Both the position numbers and the translations under genes were made by a program. The notes beneath the pieces were generated by a model. The model saw nothing but the letters and a program-made list of their open reading frames with translations, searched no databases and was not told where the DNA came from. From Dehalococcoidia bacterium (GTDB lineage Bacteria > Chloroflexota > Dehalococcoidia > Lucifugimonadales > UBA3495), in NCBI GenBank assembly GCA_030740155.1, contig JASLXV010000009.1:1-52436 (forward strand): a stretch of 52,436 nucleotides of DNA. Direction: 5' to 3'. Numbering within the stretch: position 1 is the first letter of the stretch; the number at the start of each line of letters is the position of its first letter. Shown one piece after another: positions 43,522 through 52,436 of the stretch.

Positions 43522-44760
43522 ATGGCAGAGACCAACGGCAAACTGCCCCTGCCCCTCCAAAGCATTCGCATTCTGGATGCCACCCACGTCCTGGCCGGCC
43601 CTTTCTGCTCCGTGATCTTGGCCGACATGGGGGCCGAGGTAATCAAGATCGAGCGCCCCGGGGTGGGTGACCGCGCCCGAATCAGCAAGCCCGTCATGGA
43701 AAAACCTGACGGGCAACGGGTCAGTGCCCTTTTTCTGGGTATCAACCGGAACAAGAAGAGCGTGACCCTTGACCTGCGTGACCCCCGTGGCAAGCAGGTC
43801 TTCCACGAGCTGATTCGCGTGTCCGAGGTCTTGCTGGACAACTGGGGGCCGGGCGCCTTGCGCCGCTTGGGCCTGGGCTACGACGACCTCCGCCAAATCA
43901 ACCCGAGCCTGGTTTACGCCAGCATCACCGGCTATGGCGATCCCGACGGGTCGGGACGCGGGCCCTACTCCGATTGGCCCGCCAACAACCCATGCGTCCA
44001 GGGGATGGGCGGGTGGATGGAGGTTACCGGCCCCCCGGACTCGCCGCCCCAGATGGTCGGCGACAACATCGGGGATTCGGTGCCTGGATTGTGGGCGGCC
44101 CTGGGAGTCGTACTGGCTCTGGAAACCCGGCGCCAGACCGGCCAGGGACAGCACGTAGACATGGCGATGTACGACTGCATGGTGGCCCACACCACCGCCA
44201 CCATGTCCTCCTACCAGGCGACGGGCCAGGTCATCGGCCGGTCCCGGGAGGACATGATCTATGCCCAGTTGACGCTGAAATCGAATGACGGGTACGCGGT
44301 GTTGGCCGGCGCCGGGCAAGAGGAAAAGTGGGTCAAACTGTGGAAATTCCTCGGCAGAGAGGAGTTGCTCCGGGACCCCCGATATCTTTGCCAGGGTATC
44401 ACGGGTGATTTCTATTTCAGCCACATTGTCCCCGCCATCGAGGACTGGTCACAGCACCTTTCCAAATGGGAGGTGACCGAGAAGTTGACGGCCATCGGCT
44501 TCTCCATGGGTGTGGTCCAGGACCAGGCCGACCTCGATAAGTGCCCTCACCTGGAAGCCAGGGATATGTTTGTCGATATTGGGGATTCGTTGGGTGGCTC
44601 GTTCCGCACCGTCAACACGCCGATTCATTTGACCGGCTGTGTCGATGTGCCCGCCAGGACGCCACCCCGGCCCGGCGAGGACAATCAGGAGATACTGTGC
44701 GGGATCGGCGGCCTAAAGGTCGAAGAGCTGGACCGGCTGCGGGCCGATGGAGTAGTCTAG
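43522..44760 (+). CDS. Family III (CaiB/BaiF) CoA-transferase, copy A
   Basis: LD.TH.LAGPF...LADMGAEVIKIERP, NRNKKS..LDL, DN.GPG, ASITGYG and NIGD motifs. Confidence 0.93.
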   Translation: MAETNGKLPLPLQSIRILDATHVLAGPFCSVILADMGAEVIKIERPGVGDRARISKPVMEKPDGQRVSALFLGINRNKKSVTLDLRDPRGKQVFHELIRVSEVLLDNWGPGALRRLGLGYDDLRQINPSLVYASITGYGDPDGSGRGPYSDWPANNPCVQGMGGWMEVTGPPDSPPQMVGDNIGDSVPGLWAALGVVLALETRRQTGQGQHVDMAMYDCMVAHTTATMSSYQATGQVIGRSREDMIYAQLTLKSNDGYAVLAGAGQEEKWVKLWKFLGREELLRDPRYLCQGITGDFYFSHIVPAIEDWSQHLSKWEVTEKLTAIGFSMGVVQDQADLDKCPHLEARDMFVDIGDSLGGSFRTVNTPIHLTGCVDVPARTPPRPGEDNQEILCGIGGLKVEELDRLRADGVV

Positions 44761-44768
44761 TTCGCTGC

Positions 44769-44907
44769 CCCTTGGTTCTTGGGGTGCCGGCCCCGGTGAA
44801 AACCCGCGGCGAGGGACCGGCCAAGCGACCCAAGGACCCTGCCGCCATCTAAGCGCGCGACGCCCGCCGGCTCACCGAGGCCGGCCTTGGGTTGCCGAAA
44901 CCGAACT
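44769..44907 (+). pseudogene. Remnant 3' end of a duplicated gamma-CA gene
   Basis: PLVLGVPAPVKTRGEGPAKRPKDPAAI*ARDARRLTEAGLGLPKP aligns with SLVIGVPAQVKPLNEKQAERLVDLTDIYVHNARRFTEAGLGLQIP of 42981-43511; the Tyr codon TAC has become TAA. Confidence 0.85.
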
Positions 44908-44919
44908 TGGGAGCGATGC

Positions 44920-46155
44920 ATGGTAGCGAACAACGGCAAACTTCCCCTGCCCCTCGAGGGCGTCCGCATCCTGGACGCCACCCACATCGTGGCCGGCCCT
45001 TTCTGCTCCATGATCCTGGCCGACATGGGAGCTGAAGTGATCAAGATCGAGCGCCCGGGGGGCGGCGACCGCGCCCGGAACAACAAGCCCATCATCGAGA
45101 AACCGGACGGGCAGCGGGTCAGCGCCCGTTTCCTGGGGGTGAACCGGAATAAGAAGAGCGTGACCCTGGACCTGCGCGACCCCCGAGGCAAAGCGGTCTT
45201 CCACGAGTTGATTCGCGTGTCCGAGGCCTTGCTTGATAACTGGGGACCGGGCGCCTTGCGCCGCTTGGGCCTGGGTTACGACGACCTCCGCCAGGTCAAC
45301 TCGAGCCTGGTTTACGCCAGCATCACCGGCTACGGCGACAGCGATGCGCTGCGAGGCCCTTACTCCAAGTGGCCGGCCAACAACCCCTGCGTCCAAGGGA
45401 TGGGCGGGTGGATGGAGGTCACCGGTCCCCCGGGCTCGCCACCCCAGATGGTCGGCGACAACATCGGGGACTCGGTACCCGGGCTGTGGGCGGCCCTGGG
45501 GGTCGTACTGGCGCTGGAAACCCGGCGCAAGACCGGTCTGGGTCAGCACGTGGACATGGCGATGTACGACTGCATGGTGGCCCACACCACCAGCACCATG
45601 CCTTTCTATCAGTCGACTGGCAGAGTCATCGGCCGGGCCAGGGAGAACATGCTCTCCGCCCAGCTGACCCTGAAGTCGAATGACGGGTATGCGGTGTTGG
45701 CCGGCGCCCAGGAGGAGGGGAAGTGGATCAATCTGTGGAAGCTCATCGGGCGAGAGGATCTGATCCAGGACCCCCGGTTTCTGTGCCGGGGTATCTCGGG
45801 TGAGTTCTTTTTCAGCAGCATCATCCCCGCCATCGAAGGATGGTCCCGGCACCTTTCCAAGTGGGATGTGATGGAGAAGCTGACCGCGATCGGCTTCTCC
45901 ATGGGTGTGGTCCAGGACCAGGCCGACCTGGATAAGTGTCCTCACCTGGAAGCCAGGGACATGTTCGTCGATGCCGGGGATTCCCTGGGCGGGTCGTTCC
46001 GCACCGTCAACACGCCGATTCACCTGACCGGCTGTGTCGACATTCCCAGCCGCACGCCGCCCCATCTGGGGGCGGACAACCAGGAGGTACTGTGCAGCAT
46101 CGGCGGCCTAACGGTCGAAGAGCTGGACCAGCTGCGGGCCGACGGAGTGGTCTAG
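44920..46155 (+). CDS. Family III (CaiB/BaiF) CoA-transferase, copy B
   Basis: Collinear close paralog of 43522-44760 with long identical peptide blocks. Confidence 0.93.
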   Translation: MVANNGKLPLPLEGVRILDATHIVAGPFCSMILADMGAEVIKIERPGGGDRARNNKPIIEKPDGQRVSARFLGVNRNKKSVTLDLRDPRGKAVFHELIRVSEALLDNWGPGALRRLGLGYDDLRQVNSSLVYASITGYGDSDALRGPYSKWPANNPCVQGMGGWMEVTGPPGSPPQMVGDNIGDSVPGLWAALGVVLALETRRKTGLGQHVDMAMYDCMVAHTTSTMPFYQSTGRVIGRARENMLSAQLTLKSNDGYAVLAGAQEEGKWINLWKLIGREDLIQDPRFLCRGISGEFFFSSIIPAIEGWSRHLSKWDVMEKLTAIGFSMGVVQDQADLDKCPHLEARDMFVDAGDSLGGSFRTVNTPIHLTGCVDIPSRTPPHLGADNQEVLCSIGGLTVEELDQLRADGVV

Positions 46156-46196
46156 CCCTGCCTGAACTTTGGTACCGGCGTGGCGCTGGTGCTTCC

Positions 46197-46226
46197 TTGG
46201 CGTAGCCGGCGGCCTGCCACTATAAT
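46197..46226 (+). promoter_or_regulatory. Possible promoter for hisS
   Basis: TTGGCG-18 bp-TATAAT. Confidence 0.4.
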
Positions 46227-46252
46227 GGTGGTTCGCATCACTTCAGTGATTC

Positions 46253-47527
46253 TTGCCTGTAAAGGAGAAAAACCCCTTGTTCCAAGCTCCCCGAGGTACC
46301 ACCGACCTGCTGCCACCGGAGCAGAAATACTGGCGGTATATCGAGTCCAAGGCGGTGGACCTGGCCCGGCGGTACGGCTACGGCCGAATTGACACGCCGG
46401 TTTTCGAAGATTCGAACCTTTTCATCCGTTCCGTGGGAGCGGGCACCGACATCGTTGAAAAGGAGATGTACATCTTCGAGGACCGGGGCGGCGACAGCGT
46501 CACCCTCCGGCCCGAGGGGACGGCTCCCGTCTGCCGCGCCTACCTGGAGCACGGCATGCACAACCTGACCCAGCCGGTGCGGCTCTACTATTTTTGCCCC
46601 GTTTTTCGCTACGAGCGACCCCAGGCCGGGCGCTTTCGCGAGCACCACCAGTTCGGCGTCGAAGCCCTGGGTGACGGTGACCCTTCGGTTGATGCGGAGG
46701 TCATCGACCTGGCCTGGCAGTTGGTGCTATCCCTGGGCTTGCAGGATATCAGCCTGCTCGTGAACAGTATCGGCGACTCCCAATGCCGTCCTGCCTACGT
46801 CGCCGGGCTGGCTGACTACTACTCCGGCCTTCAGGAACAGCTCTGTCCCGACTGCCGGGTCCGCCTTGGACGAAACCCCCTGCGACTGTTGGACTGTAAA
46901 GAGGAGAAATGCCGGGCCCTTGGAGATACGGCGCCCCGGTCGGCCGAGCACCTTTGCCAGGAGTGCGGCGACCACTGGTCCAAGCTCCAAAGCTACCTGA
47001 CTTCCATCGGAATACCGTACCAGGTCGACCACCGGCTGGTGCGAGGCCTGGACTATTACACGCGCACCGTATTCGAGCTGCAACCCCGGCGAGGCGGCGC
47101 CCAATCCACCATCTTGGGCGGCGGCCGGTATGACGGGTTAATTGCAGAACTGGGCGGCCGTCCGACCACGGGGTTCGGTTTCGCGACGGGAATGGAGCGC
47201 CTCACACTGAACCTCAAGAAGAGCCGCGTGGAGGTCCCAGATGAACCGGCGCCCAAGTATCTGGTGGCCAACGTCGGCGATGCCGCCCGTTCAGCGGCGC
47301 TGGAGCTGGCGGCCAAATTACGCCTCGCGGGCCTGGGCGCGGTCCTCAGCCGCGGCACTCGCACGTTGCGAGGCCAGTTACGCCAGGCCAACGCTTTGCA
47401 GATCCCTTACGCGCTCATTCTGGGCGATGACGAGATCGATCGGGGAGAGGTTTTGGTTCGTGACATGACGGCCTCCACCCAGGAAACCAAGCCGATGGCC
47501 GAGTTTCTGGCAGAGTTACAGGGATAA
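46253..47527 (+). CDS. hisS: Histidine--tRNA ligase
   Basis: PRGT.D, TPVFE, KEMY.F.D, LRPEGTA, FRYERPQ.GR.R..HQ.GVE, LVRGLDYY and GGGRYDGL motifs. Confidence 0.97.
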   Translation: MPVKEKNPLFQAPRGTTDLLPPEQKYWRYIESKAVDLARRYGYGRIDTPVFEDSNLFIRSVGAGTDIVEKEMYIFEDRGGDSVTLRPEGTAPVCRAYLEHGMHNLTQPVRLYYFCPVFRYERPQAGRFREHHQFGVEALGDGDPSVDAEVIDLAWQLVLSLGLQDISLLVNSIGDSQCRPAYVAGLADYYSGLQEQLCPDCRVRLGRNPLRLLDCKEEKCRALGDTAPRSAEHLCQECGDHWSKLQSYLTSIGIPYQVDHRLVRGLDYYTRTVFELQPRRGGAQSTILGGGRYDGLIAELGGRPTTGFGFATGMERLTLNLKKSRVEVPDEPAPKYLVANVGDAARSAALELAAKLRLAGLGAVLSRGTRTLRGQLRQANALQIPYALILGDDEIDRGEVLVRDMTASTQETKPMAEFLAELQG

Positions 47528-47639
47528 ACGTTCCGCCGCCCGACCGGAGCCGAACCAGGCCTGGCGCGTGACAAACCTGTTCGAAACCGCAAGCGTTCCT
47601 TTGTGCGTTGTGGGGTGACAACCGAGTAACATTACCACC

Positions 47640-48938
47640 GTGTTGCTCGTTTATCTGAGAGTCCTTTACATAAGAATCAGGCTCCTCGCGCTCTCGCTGC
47701 TGGTGCTGTTGCCCCTGGCGTGCTCCGGCGCTCCAACGCTTGGCTCGCCGCCGCCAGCCTCAACCCCGGACATCGAGGCCACGGTGCGGGCGGCGGTGCA
47801 GGCCGCCCTGCCAATTCCGGCGCCGAGTGACCCTCCCGATCTCGCCGCCACCGTAATTGTGAGCGTCCGGGCAACGGTCGAGGCGATGCTCGCGGCCACC
47901 CCGGTTCCGGCTCCGGTACCGGTGGAGGTGCCCACCGCGACGGCCACCTCTATCCCCGTGCCGACGCCGGTGGCTGTGGCGATTGCCGCGCCTGCCGCCA
48001 TGCTCACCGAATCCGCCGAGCCTGCTCCCTCGCCGGCCCCGGCCCCGACCCCGGTGCCGGCCCCGACGGCCAGACCCACTCCCCGGCCAACACCGGTGCC
48101 CGTTTCGCGCTTCGTTGGTGTTCCTTTACTGGCGCCCACCCTGACACCGGAACCTACGGCGACGCCCAGTCCTGTGCCCACGCCGGCAGCACCACTGTTG
48201 GAGCCAGGTGGGTGCCAACCCGCCGCCGAAGGCGCCCTGGTGACCGCCTGGGTCGAGGGTGCCTGGGCCGCCTCGACAACGGTGCAGGATGGCTCGTACG
48301 TTCTCTTCGTCGATCAGGGCGGCGGGGGTTCCTACATCGGGAAGACGGTGAACTTCAAGATCGGCGACCTGGACGCCAACGAGACCGGCATATGGGAAAT
48401 TGGCGGAGGTGACGGAATCAACCTGACCGCCGCACTGCGGCCGGCGCCGGATCCTTCTGCCTCGCTGCACCAGGTGCATCTCCGCGGCGGTTTGCTGGCC
48501 CAGGCCGTGCCCCCCCACGTGTTTGTGGGGACGGCCTTCGTTTGCGGTTCGGCCACGCCGGCTCCGACACCCTTGCCTCCTGGCGGGTGCCAGCCCGCCG
48601 CCGACGGCGCCCTCGTTGCCGCCTGGGTAGGGGAATCCTTGGTGGCTTCATCAACGGTGCAGGACGGCCGGTACATTCTCTTCATCGATCAGGGCGCCGG
48701 TGAGGCTTTCTCCGGCAAGACGGTGACCTTCAAGATCGGTGACCTGGATGCCAACGAGACCGGCATTTGGGAAGCAGGCGGGGGCAACGACCTCGATTTG
48801 ACCTCCGCCCCGTGGCATATGCCGGAGCCCACTCCGGCGCCCTACGCCTTGCTTCCTCGAGAAAGTATCGGTTCCGGGGTGCTGGCCCAACCCGTTCCTC
48901 CTCACGTGTTCCTGGGCAAAGCCTCTATCTGCGGCTAG
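47640..48938 (+). CDS. Putative lipoprotein with a Pro/Thr/Ala stalk and two ~115-aa beta-rich repeats
   Basis: Signal and lipobox LLVLLPLAC; TPDIEATV.A.V.A and PT-rich stalk; repeats at 48207-48548 and 48582-48935. Confidence 0.8.
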   Translation: MLLVYLRVLYIRIRLLALSLLVLLPLACSGAPTLGSPPPASTPDIEATVRAAVQAALPIPAPSDPPDLAATVIVSVRATVEAMLAATPVPAPVPVEVPTATATSIPVPTPVAVAIAAPAAMLTESAEPAPSPAPAPTPVPAPTARPTPRPTPVPVSRFVGVPLLAPTLTPEPTATPSPVPTPAAPLLEPGGCQPAAEGALVTAWVEGAWAASTTVQDGSYVLFVDQGGGGSYIGKTVNFKIGDLDANETGIWEIGGGDGINLTAALRPAPDPSASLHQVHLRGGLLAQAVPPHVFVGTAFVCGSATPAPTPLPPGGCQPAADGALVAAWVGESLVASSTVQDGRYILFIDQGAGEAFSGKTVTFKIGDLDANETGIWEAGGGNDLDLTSAPWHMPEPTPAPYALLPRESIGSGVLAQPVPPHVFLGKASICG

Positions 48939-49165
48939 ACTCGCCTCGCTCGAATCCCAAGCCACGGGCCGTCATCTGGTCCAGCTCCCGGTCTGTTGAT
49001 CTCCTCAAGGCGGTTCCGGCTGAATCGGACACCTGCGGCCTGTTCACTAGAATCCGCAGCCAATCAACGGGCCAGTCAGTATTGCGCCGCCGGAGTCCCC
49101 CGGCGCCGAGGCGCACCCCTCTCCCTCTACTGACATCCGCCCCTTGACCGGCGCACTCCAGTATT

Positions 49166-49179
49166 AGAACATATGTCCT
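49166..49179. promoter_or_regulatory. LexA (GAAC-N4-GTTC type) SOS-box candidate
   Basis: AGAACATATGTCCT is one mismatch from the palindrome AGAACATATGTTCT and lies just downstream of TTGACC. Confidence 0.5.
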
Positions 49180-49272
49180 TAAGGTATTGAAGGTGCTTGC
49201 GGCATGGAAACGTTTGACCCGGCGCCTGCCGCGGTGAACCTATTTACGTAAAGCTCTGGAGGGCTGGCGCGG

Positions 49273-49512
49273 ATGATGAACCTCTACTACCGAGGCTATG
49301 TGATTCACGAAGAGATCCGGACTATCTGCTACATTGTGTTCGGTCGGCGTCCCGATCGGCTGGAGTTGGCCAGTAGCGGCACGGCGAAGGAAGCAATGCG
49401 GTGGGTCGATGGGCGCGTCGCCAAGAAGAAAGCCGCGCAGTGGGTCGAACGGCATGCGGCGCGGGCCAAGGGCAAGCTTCCCGCGGCGATGCCGCAGCCC
49501 GCTCTCCTCTGA
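49273..49512 (+). CDS. Small hypothetical protein (79 aa)
   Basis: RBS GGAGG; globular-looking N-terminus YYRGYVIHEE...; no competing real gene in the region. Confidence 0.6.
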   Translation: MMNLYYRGYVIHEEIRTICYIVFGRRPDRLELASSGTAKEAMRWVDGRVAKKKAAQWVERHAARAKGKLPAAMPQPALL

Positions 49513-49598
49513 CGATACCCGGCCCGAAGGCTCTCGACCAACGGTAGAGGTTTGGTCCTTGGGCGGCGCCCGCGGACCGTTGAAGGCCGAATGCCGGG

Positions 49599-49993
49599 CT
49601 AAAGTTTGGTTAAGGCCGCGCGGGCACAGTCCTCATCCTGCTGAGCGGTGCCGCCGCCTACTCCCACGGCGCCTTCCAATACGCCGTTCCGGACTATGGC
49701 ACCGCGCCCTGGCTGGCAATTCCGTGCCCTCCTTCGGTAGCCAGGATGCCCCGGATAATCGGCGAGTCGGCCTGCGGCTGCAGGTCGCCGCTGGCCCTGC
49801 CGAAGGCCGCCGATGCTATCGCCTTCCCCTGGGAACCGTATGCTCCCCCCCAGATCGCCCCGTCCATCCGGTTGAACGCGATGAGATGCCTGCCGGGGTC
49901 GCAAACCGCCACATTGATCTTGATGTTAAGCTCCAGGGCGTGGGCGATAGCGCCCTCGATTGCCCGATTGGCTTCCGCCAGCGTAAGCGCCAT
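49599..49993 (-). pseudogene. GlcG/HbpS-family heme-binding protein with a 1-nt frameshift
   Basis: Frame 1 ends ...SQGAVP*; the missing C-terminus IVRNGVLEGAVGVGGGTAQQDEDCARAAL continues in another frame. One base is missing at about 49697-49699. Confidence 0.85.
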
Positions 49994-50211
49994 GGTCTCA
50001 CCTCGAAAGTGGGTCGATTGGAGTAGTTCGAGCGGGCTAATTCTACCTCACCTGCGTCCCGCCACCAGCACCAGGGGTATTCTCGAACACTTCCGGGATA
50101 CCGGGCCCGTTATGCTTCATTTTTGATGAAGTAGCCCTTAGAAGAAGGCTGCTCCGGTGGTATACTGCTGAGGCTGAACCTCAGTAGAAAAAGGAAGAGA
50201 ATACCGGCCTC

Positions 50212-51039
50212 ATGCTGACCAAACGCATCATCCCCTGCTTGGACGTGGACGCCGGCCGGGTAGTCAAGGGCATCAGCTTCGTCGACCTGCGGGACGCCGG
50301 TGACCCGGCGGAACTCGCCGCCCGGTACAACGAGGAGGGCGGCGACGAGTTGGTCTTCCTGGACATTACCGCCAGCTCGGACTCCCGCGATACCATGGTG
50401 GATGTAGTACGGCGGGTGTCGGAGCAGGTCTTTATTCCGCTGACCGTGGGCGGCGGCATCCGGAGCGTCGAGGATGTTCGCCGGATGCTGCGGGCCGGGG
50501 CGGACAAGGTCTCGGTGAACACCGCGGCCGTGAATGAGCCCGCTTTGTTGAGCCGGGGCGCCGCCCAGTTTGGCAACCAGTGCATCGTGCTGGCCATCGA
50601 CGCCAAGCGGGTCGGCGCCGGGGCCGCCGTCAGCCAGCACGGACCAGTTGACCTGGCGTTGGAGGAGGGCTCTCGCTGGGAGGTCTATACCCACGGCGGG
50701 CGTTCCCCTACCGGCATGGACGCTGTTAAGTGGACCTGCCGGGCGGTGGAGCTTGGCGCCGGTGAGATTCTTCTGACCAGCATGGACGCCGACGGTCAAC
50801 TCACCGGATACGACCTGGACCTGACTCAGGCCATATCCCAGGCGGTGCCGGTACCGGTCATCGCCAGTGGCGGCGCCGGGGACCTGGACCACCTGTACCA
50901 GGCGTTCACTGAGGGCAAGGCCGACGCGGTTTTGGCCGCCAGCATTTTCCACTTCGGCACCTACTCCATCGCCCAGGCCAAAGAGTACCTGGCGGACCGT
51001 GGTATACCGGTGCGGCCGCTGCCGGCGGGCGCCGGGTGA
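50212..51039 (+). CDS. hisF: Imidazole glycerol phosphate synthase subunit HisF
   Basis: [53 protein letters not shown] and IASGGAG motifs. Confidence 0.97.
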   Translation: MLTKRIIPCLDVDAGRVVKGISFVDLRDAGDPAELAARYNEEGGDELVFLDITASSDSRDTMVDVVRRVSEQVFIPLTVGGGIRSVEDVRRMLRAGADKVSVNTAAVNEPALLSRGAAQFGNQCIVLAIDAKRVGAGAAVSQHGPVDLALEEGSRWEVYTHGGRSPTGMDAVKWTCRAVELGAGEILLTSMDADGQLTGYDLDLTQAISQAVPVPVIASGGAGDLDHLYQAFTEGKADAVLAASIFHFGTYSIAQAKEYLADRGIPVRPLPAGAG

Positions 51040-51135
51040 GCGCTTGGGATGGGTGCCCGGCGGCCTTCCCGGACCCGGCATCGAACCAAGCAGATGATAA
51101 AGGAAATACCGGCAAAGGAGACGATCCTCGAACCC

Positions 51136-51858
51136 ATGAGCCTCATTACCACGGTCATTTTCGATATGTATAGCACCCTGGTCCTCAATGGCACGGAGAT
51201 GTGGAAGGTCACCTTCCAGGAGATCATCGAGGCGCAGGGGCTCGATACCAGCTCCGAGCTTCTCTGGGAGGAATGGCGAAAGGTCGACCAGAATTCACGG
51301 GCCGAGCGAATCAAACCGGAGACGCCTTTCTACAACTACCATGATGCCTGGCGGGAAGCCTTCGTCCGTGCCTTCGCTGCGTTGGACCTGCCCGGCGACC
51401 CCGATGCCGCGGTCGGCAAGGCCATCAGCGACCTGGCACACCGGGACCCGTATCCCGATACGTTGCAGGCCCTGCGCGAGATCGGGCAGCGGTGGCGGAC
51501 CGCCATCCTCTCCAACGCCGATGACAATTTCTTAATTCCGAATTTGAAGTTTCTGGGGCTTGAATTCGAGGTGGTGCTATCCTCCGAGGAGGCCCGGGAT
51601 TATAAACCCCATCCTGGCTTGTTCCTGGAGGTGCTGCGGCGGCTGAATGTTACCCCCCAAGAAACGGTCTACGTCGGCGACAAGCAGCTTGAGGATGTTC
51701 AAGGCGCCAGCGAGGTCGGAATGAATGCCGTCTGGATCAACCGCTCCGGTGACCCTCCGGACCCCGAGTATCCCAAACCGGCTTACCAGATTGGCAGCCT
51801 TTTGGAGTTGCCCGCTCTGCTGCCCTCGTGGCCGCCGGCCCAGGACGGAAAACCATGA
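51136..51858 (+). CDS. HAD-superfamily hydrolase (subfamily IA)
   Basis: FDMYSTL, LSNAD, YKP.P and YVGD...DV.GA..VGM motifs. Start uncertain (51094 or 51136). Confidence 0.88.
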   Translation: MSLITTVIFDMYSTLVLNGTEMWKVTFQEIIEAQGLDTSSELLWEEWRKVDQNSRAERIKPETPFYNYHDAWREAFVRAFAALDLPGDPDAAVGKAISDLAHRDPYPDTLQALREIGQRWRTAILSNADDNFLIPNLKFLGLEFEVVLSSEEARDYKPHPGLFLEVLRRLNVTPQETVYVGDKQLEDVQGASEVGMNAVWINRSGDPPDPEYPKPAYQIGSLLELPALLPSWPPAQDGKP

Positions 51859-52436
51859 AAATTAAGCTCGACGGCAAGGGTTTGGTCCCCGCCATTGTCC
51901 AGGATGCCGGCACCGGCCGGGTTTTGATGCTGGGCTACATGAGCCCCGGCTCACTGAAGCTGACCCTGGAAGGGAGCCGGGTGTGCTTCTACAGCCGCAG
52001 CCGGGAGGAATTGTGGCTCAAGGGCGAGACCTCCGGTAATTACCTGAACCTGCGGGAGGCGTGGCTGGACTGTGACGGTGACACCGTCCTGCTCAAAGTG
52101 GACCCTGACGGCCCCACTTGCCACACAGGGGAGACCTCTTGCTTCTTCACCCCCATCGAGGAGCTTCCCGACGAGTTTGAGGCGGCCGAATCCGGGCCGG
52201 GCATATTGGACGAGGTTTTCGGAGTGATTCGGGAACGGCAGCGGGACCTGCCGGAAAGCAGCTACACGGCGCAGCTGTTCCGTGAAGGAGCCGCGCGCAT
52301 CGCCCAGAAGGTCATCGAAGAGGCGGGAGAGACGGTTATTTCAGCCGCGCAAGGTGACTACGAAAATCTGCCCAAAGAAGTGGCCGACCTGCTGTACCAC
52401 ACCATGGTCTTGCTGGCGGCCACCGGCGTCTCGCCC
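51855..52436 (+). CDS. hisIE: Bifunctional phosphoribosyl-AMP cyclohydrolase / phosphoribosyl-ATP diphosphatase (partial at window edge; absent from the ORF track)
   Basis: GLVPAIVQD..TG.VLMLGYM, FYSRSR..LW.KGETSGN, DCDGD, CHTG..SCFF, then SYT..L....IAQKV.EEA.E and E.ADLLYH; ATGA overlap with the HAD gene stop. Confidence 0.96.
   Translation, partial: MKIKLDGKGLVPAIVQDAGTGRVLMLGYMSPGSLKLTLEGSRVCFYSRSREELWLKGETSGNYLNLREAWLDCDGDTVLLKVDPDGPTCHTGETSCFFTPIEELPDEFEAAESGPGILDEVFGVIRERQRDLPESSYTAQLFREGAARIAQKVIEEAGETVISAAQGDYENLPKEVADLLYHTMVLLAATGVSP

Noticed and set aside
47570..47586. Possible LexA box ACAAACCTGTTCG upstream of the lipoprotein
   Set aside because: The spacing does not fit GAAC-N4-GTTC.
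1..52436. CRISPR array, rRNA genes, and the many long antisense or alternate-frame ORFs (e.g. 38107-39351, 44872-46065, 50110-51081)
   Set aside because: No regularly spaced repeat-spacer array or rRNA-like sequence was seen. The shadow ORFs are expected in high-GC DNA opposite well-supported genes.

Overview
GC-rich bacterial window. The gene content (LLM and F420-type oxidoreductases, two enolase-superfamily enzymes, several family III CoA-transferases and crotonases, DinB proteins) points to SAR202/Dehalococcoidia (Chloroflexota); this is inferred, not shown. Bases 1-35 kb look accessory and catabolic. They hold the left end of an IS21 element inserted in a contractile-tail (CIS/phage) gene, two fused gene stumps, many catabolic paralogs, glpK, a tungsten-type aldehyde oxidoreductase and several nested REP/MITE-like repeats, and end at tRNA-Asn(GTT). 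Bases 35-52 kb are mostly core genes: hsp20 <-> dnaJ-like/hspR/clpC-type, DedA plus a GT-C glycosyltransferase, a gamma-carbonic-anhydrase-like gene, a recent tandem CoA-transferase duplication, hisS, a Pro/Thr-rich lipoprotein and hisF-HAD-hisIE. The best candidate for an undescribed system is at 9326-14036. A Na+-pumping biotin-decarboxylase membrane module (OadG-like, OadB-like, biotin carrier) has no canonical alpha/carboxyltransferase gene in the window. It is transcribed divergently from pxpA-pxpB-pxpC, whose PxpC carries an extra C-terminal tail resembling the N-terminal hairpins of decarboxylase biotin carriers. PxpBC are homologous to the urea-carboxylase carboxyltransferase, so they may act as the missing alpha subunit of a new Na+-coupled (de)carboxylase. 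All family calls come from motif recognition; no database search was run.
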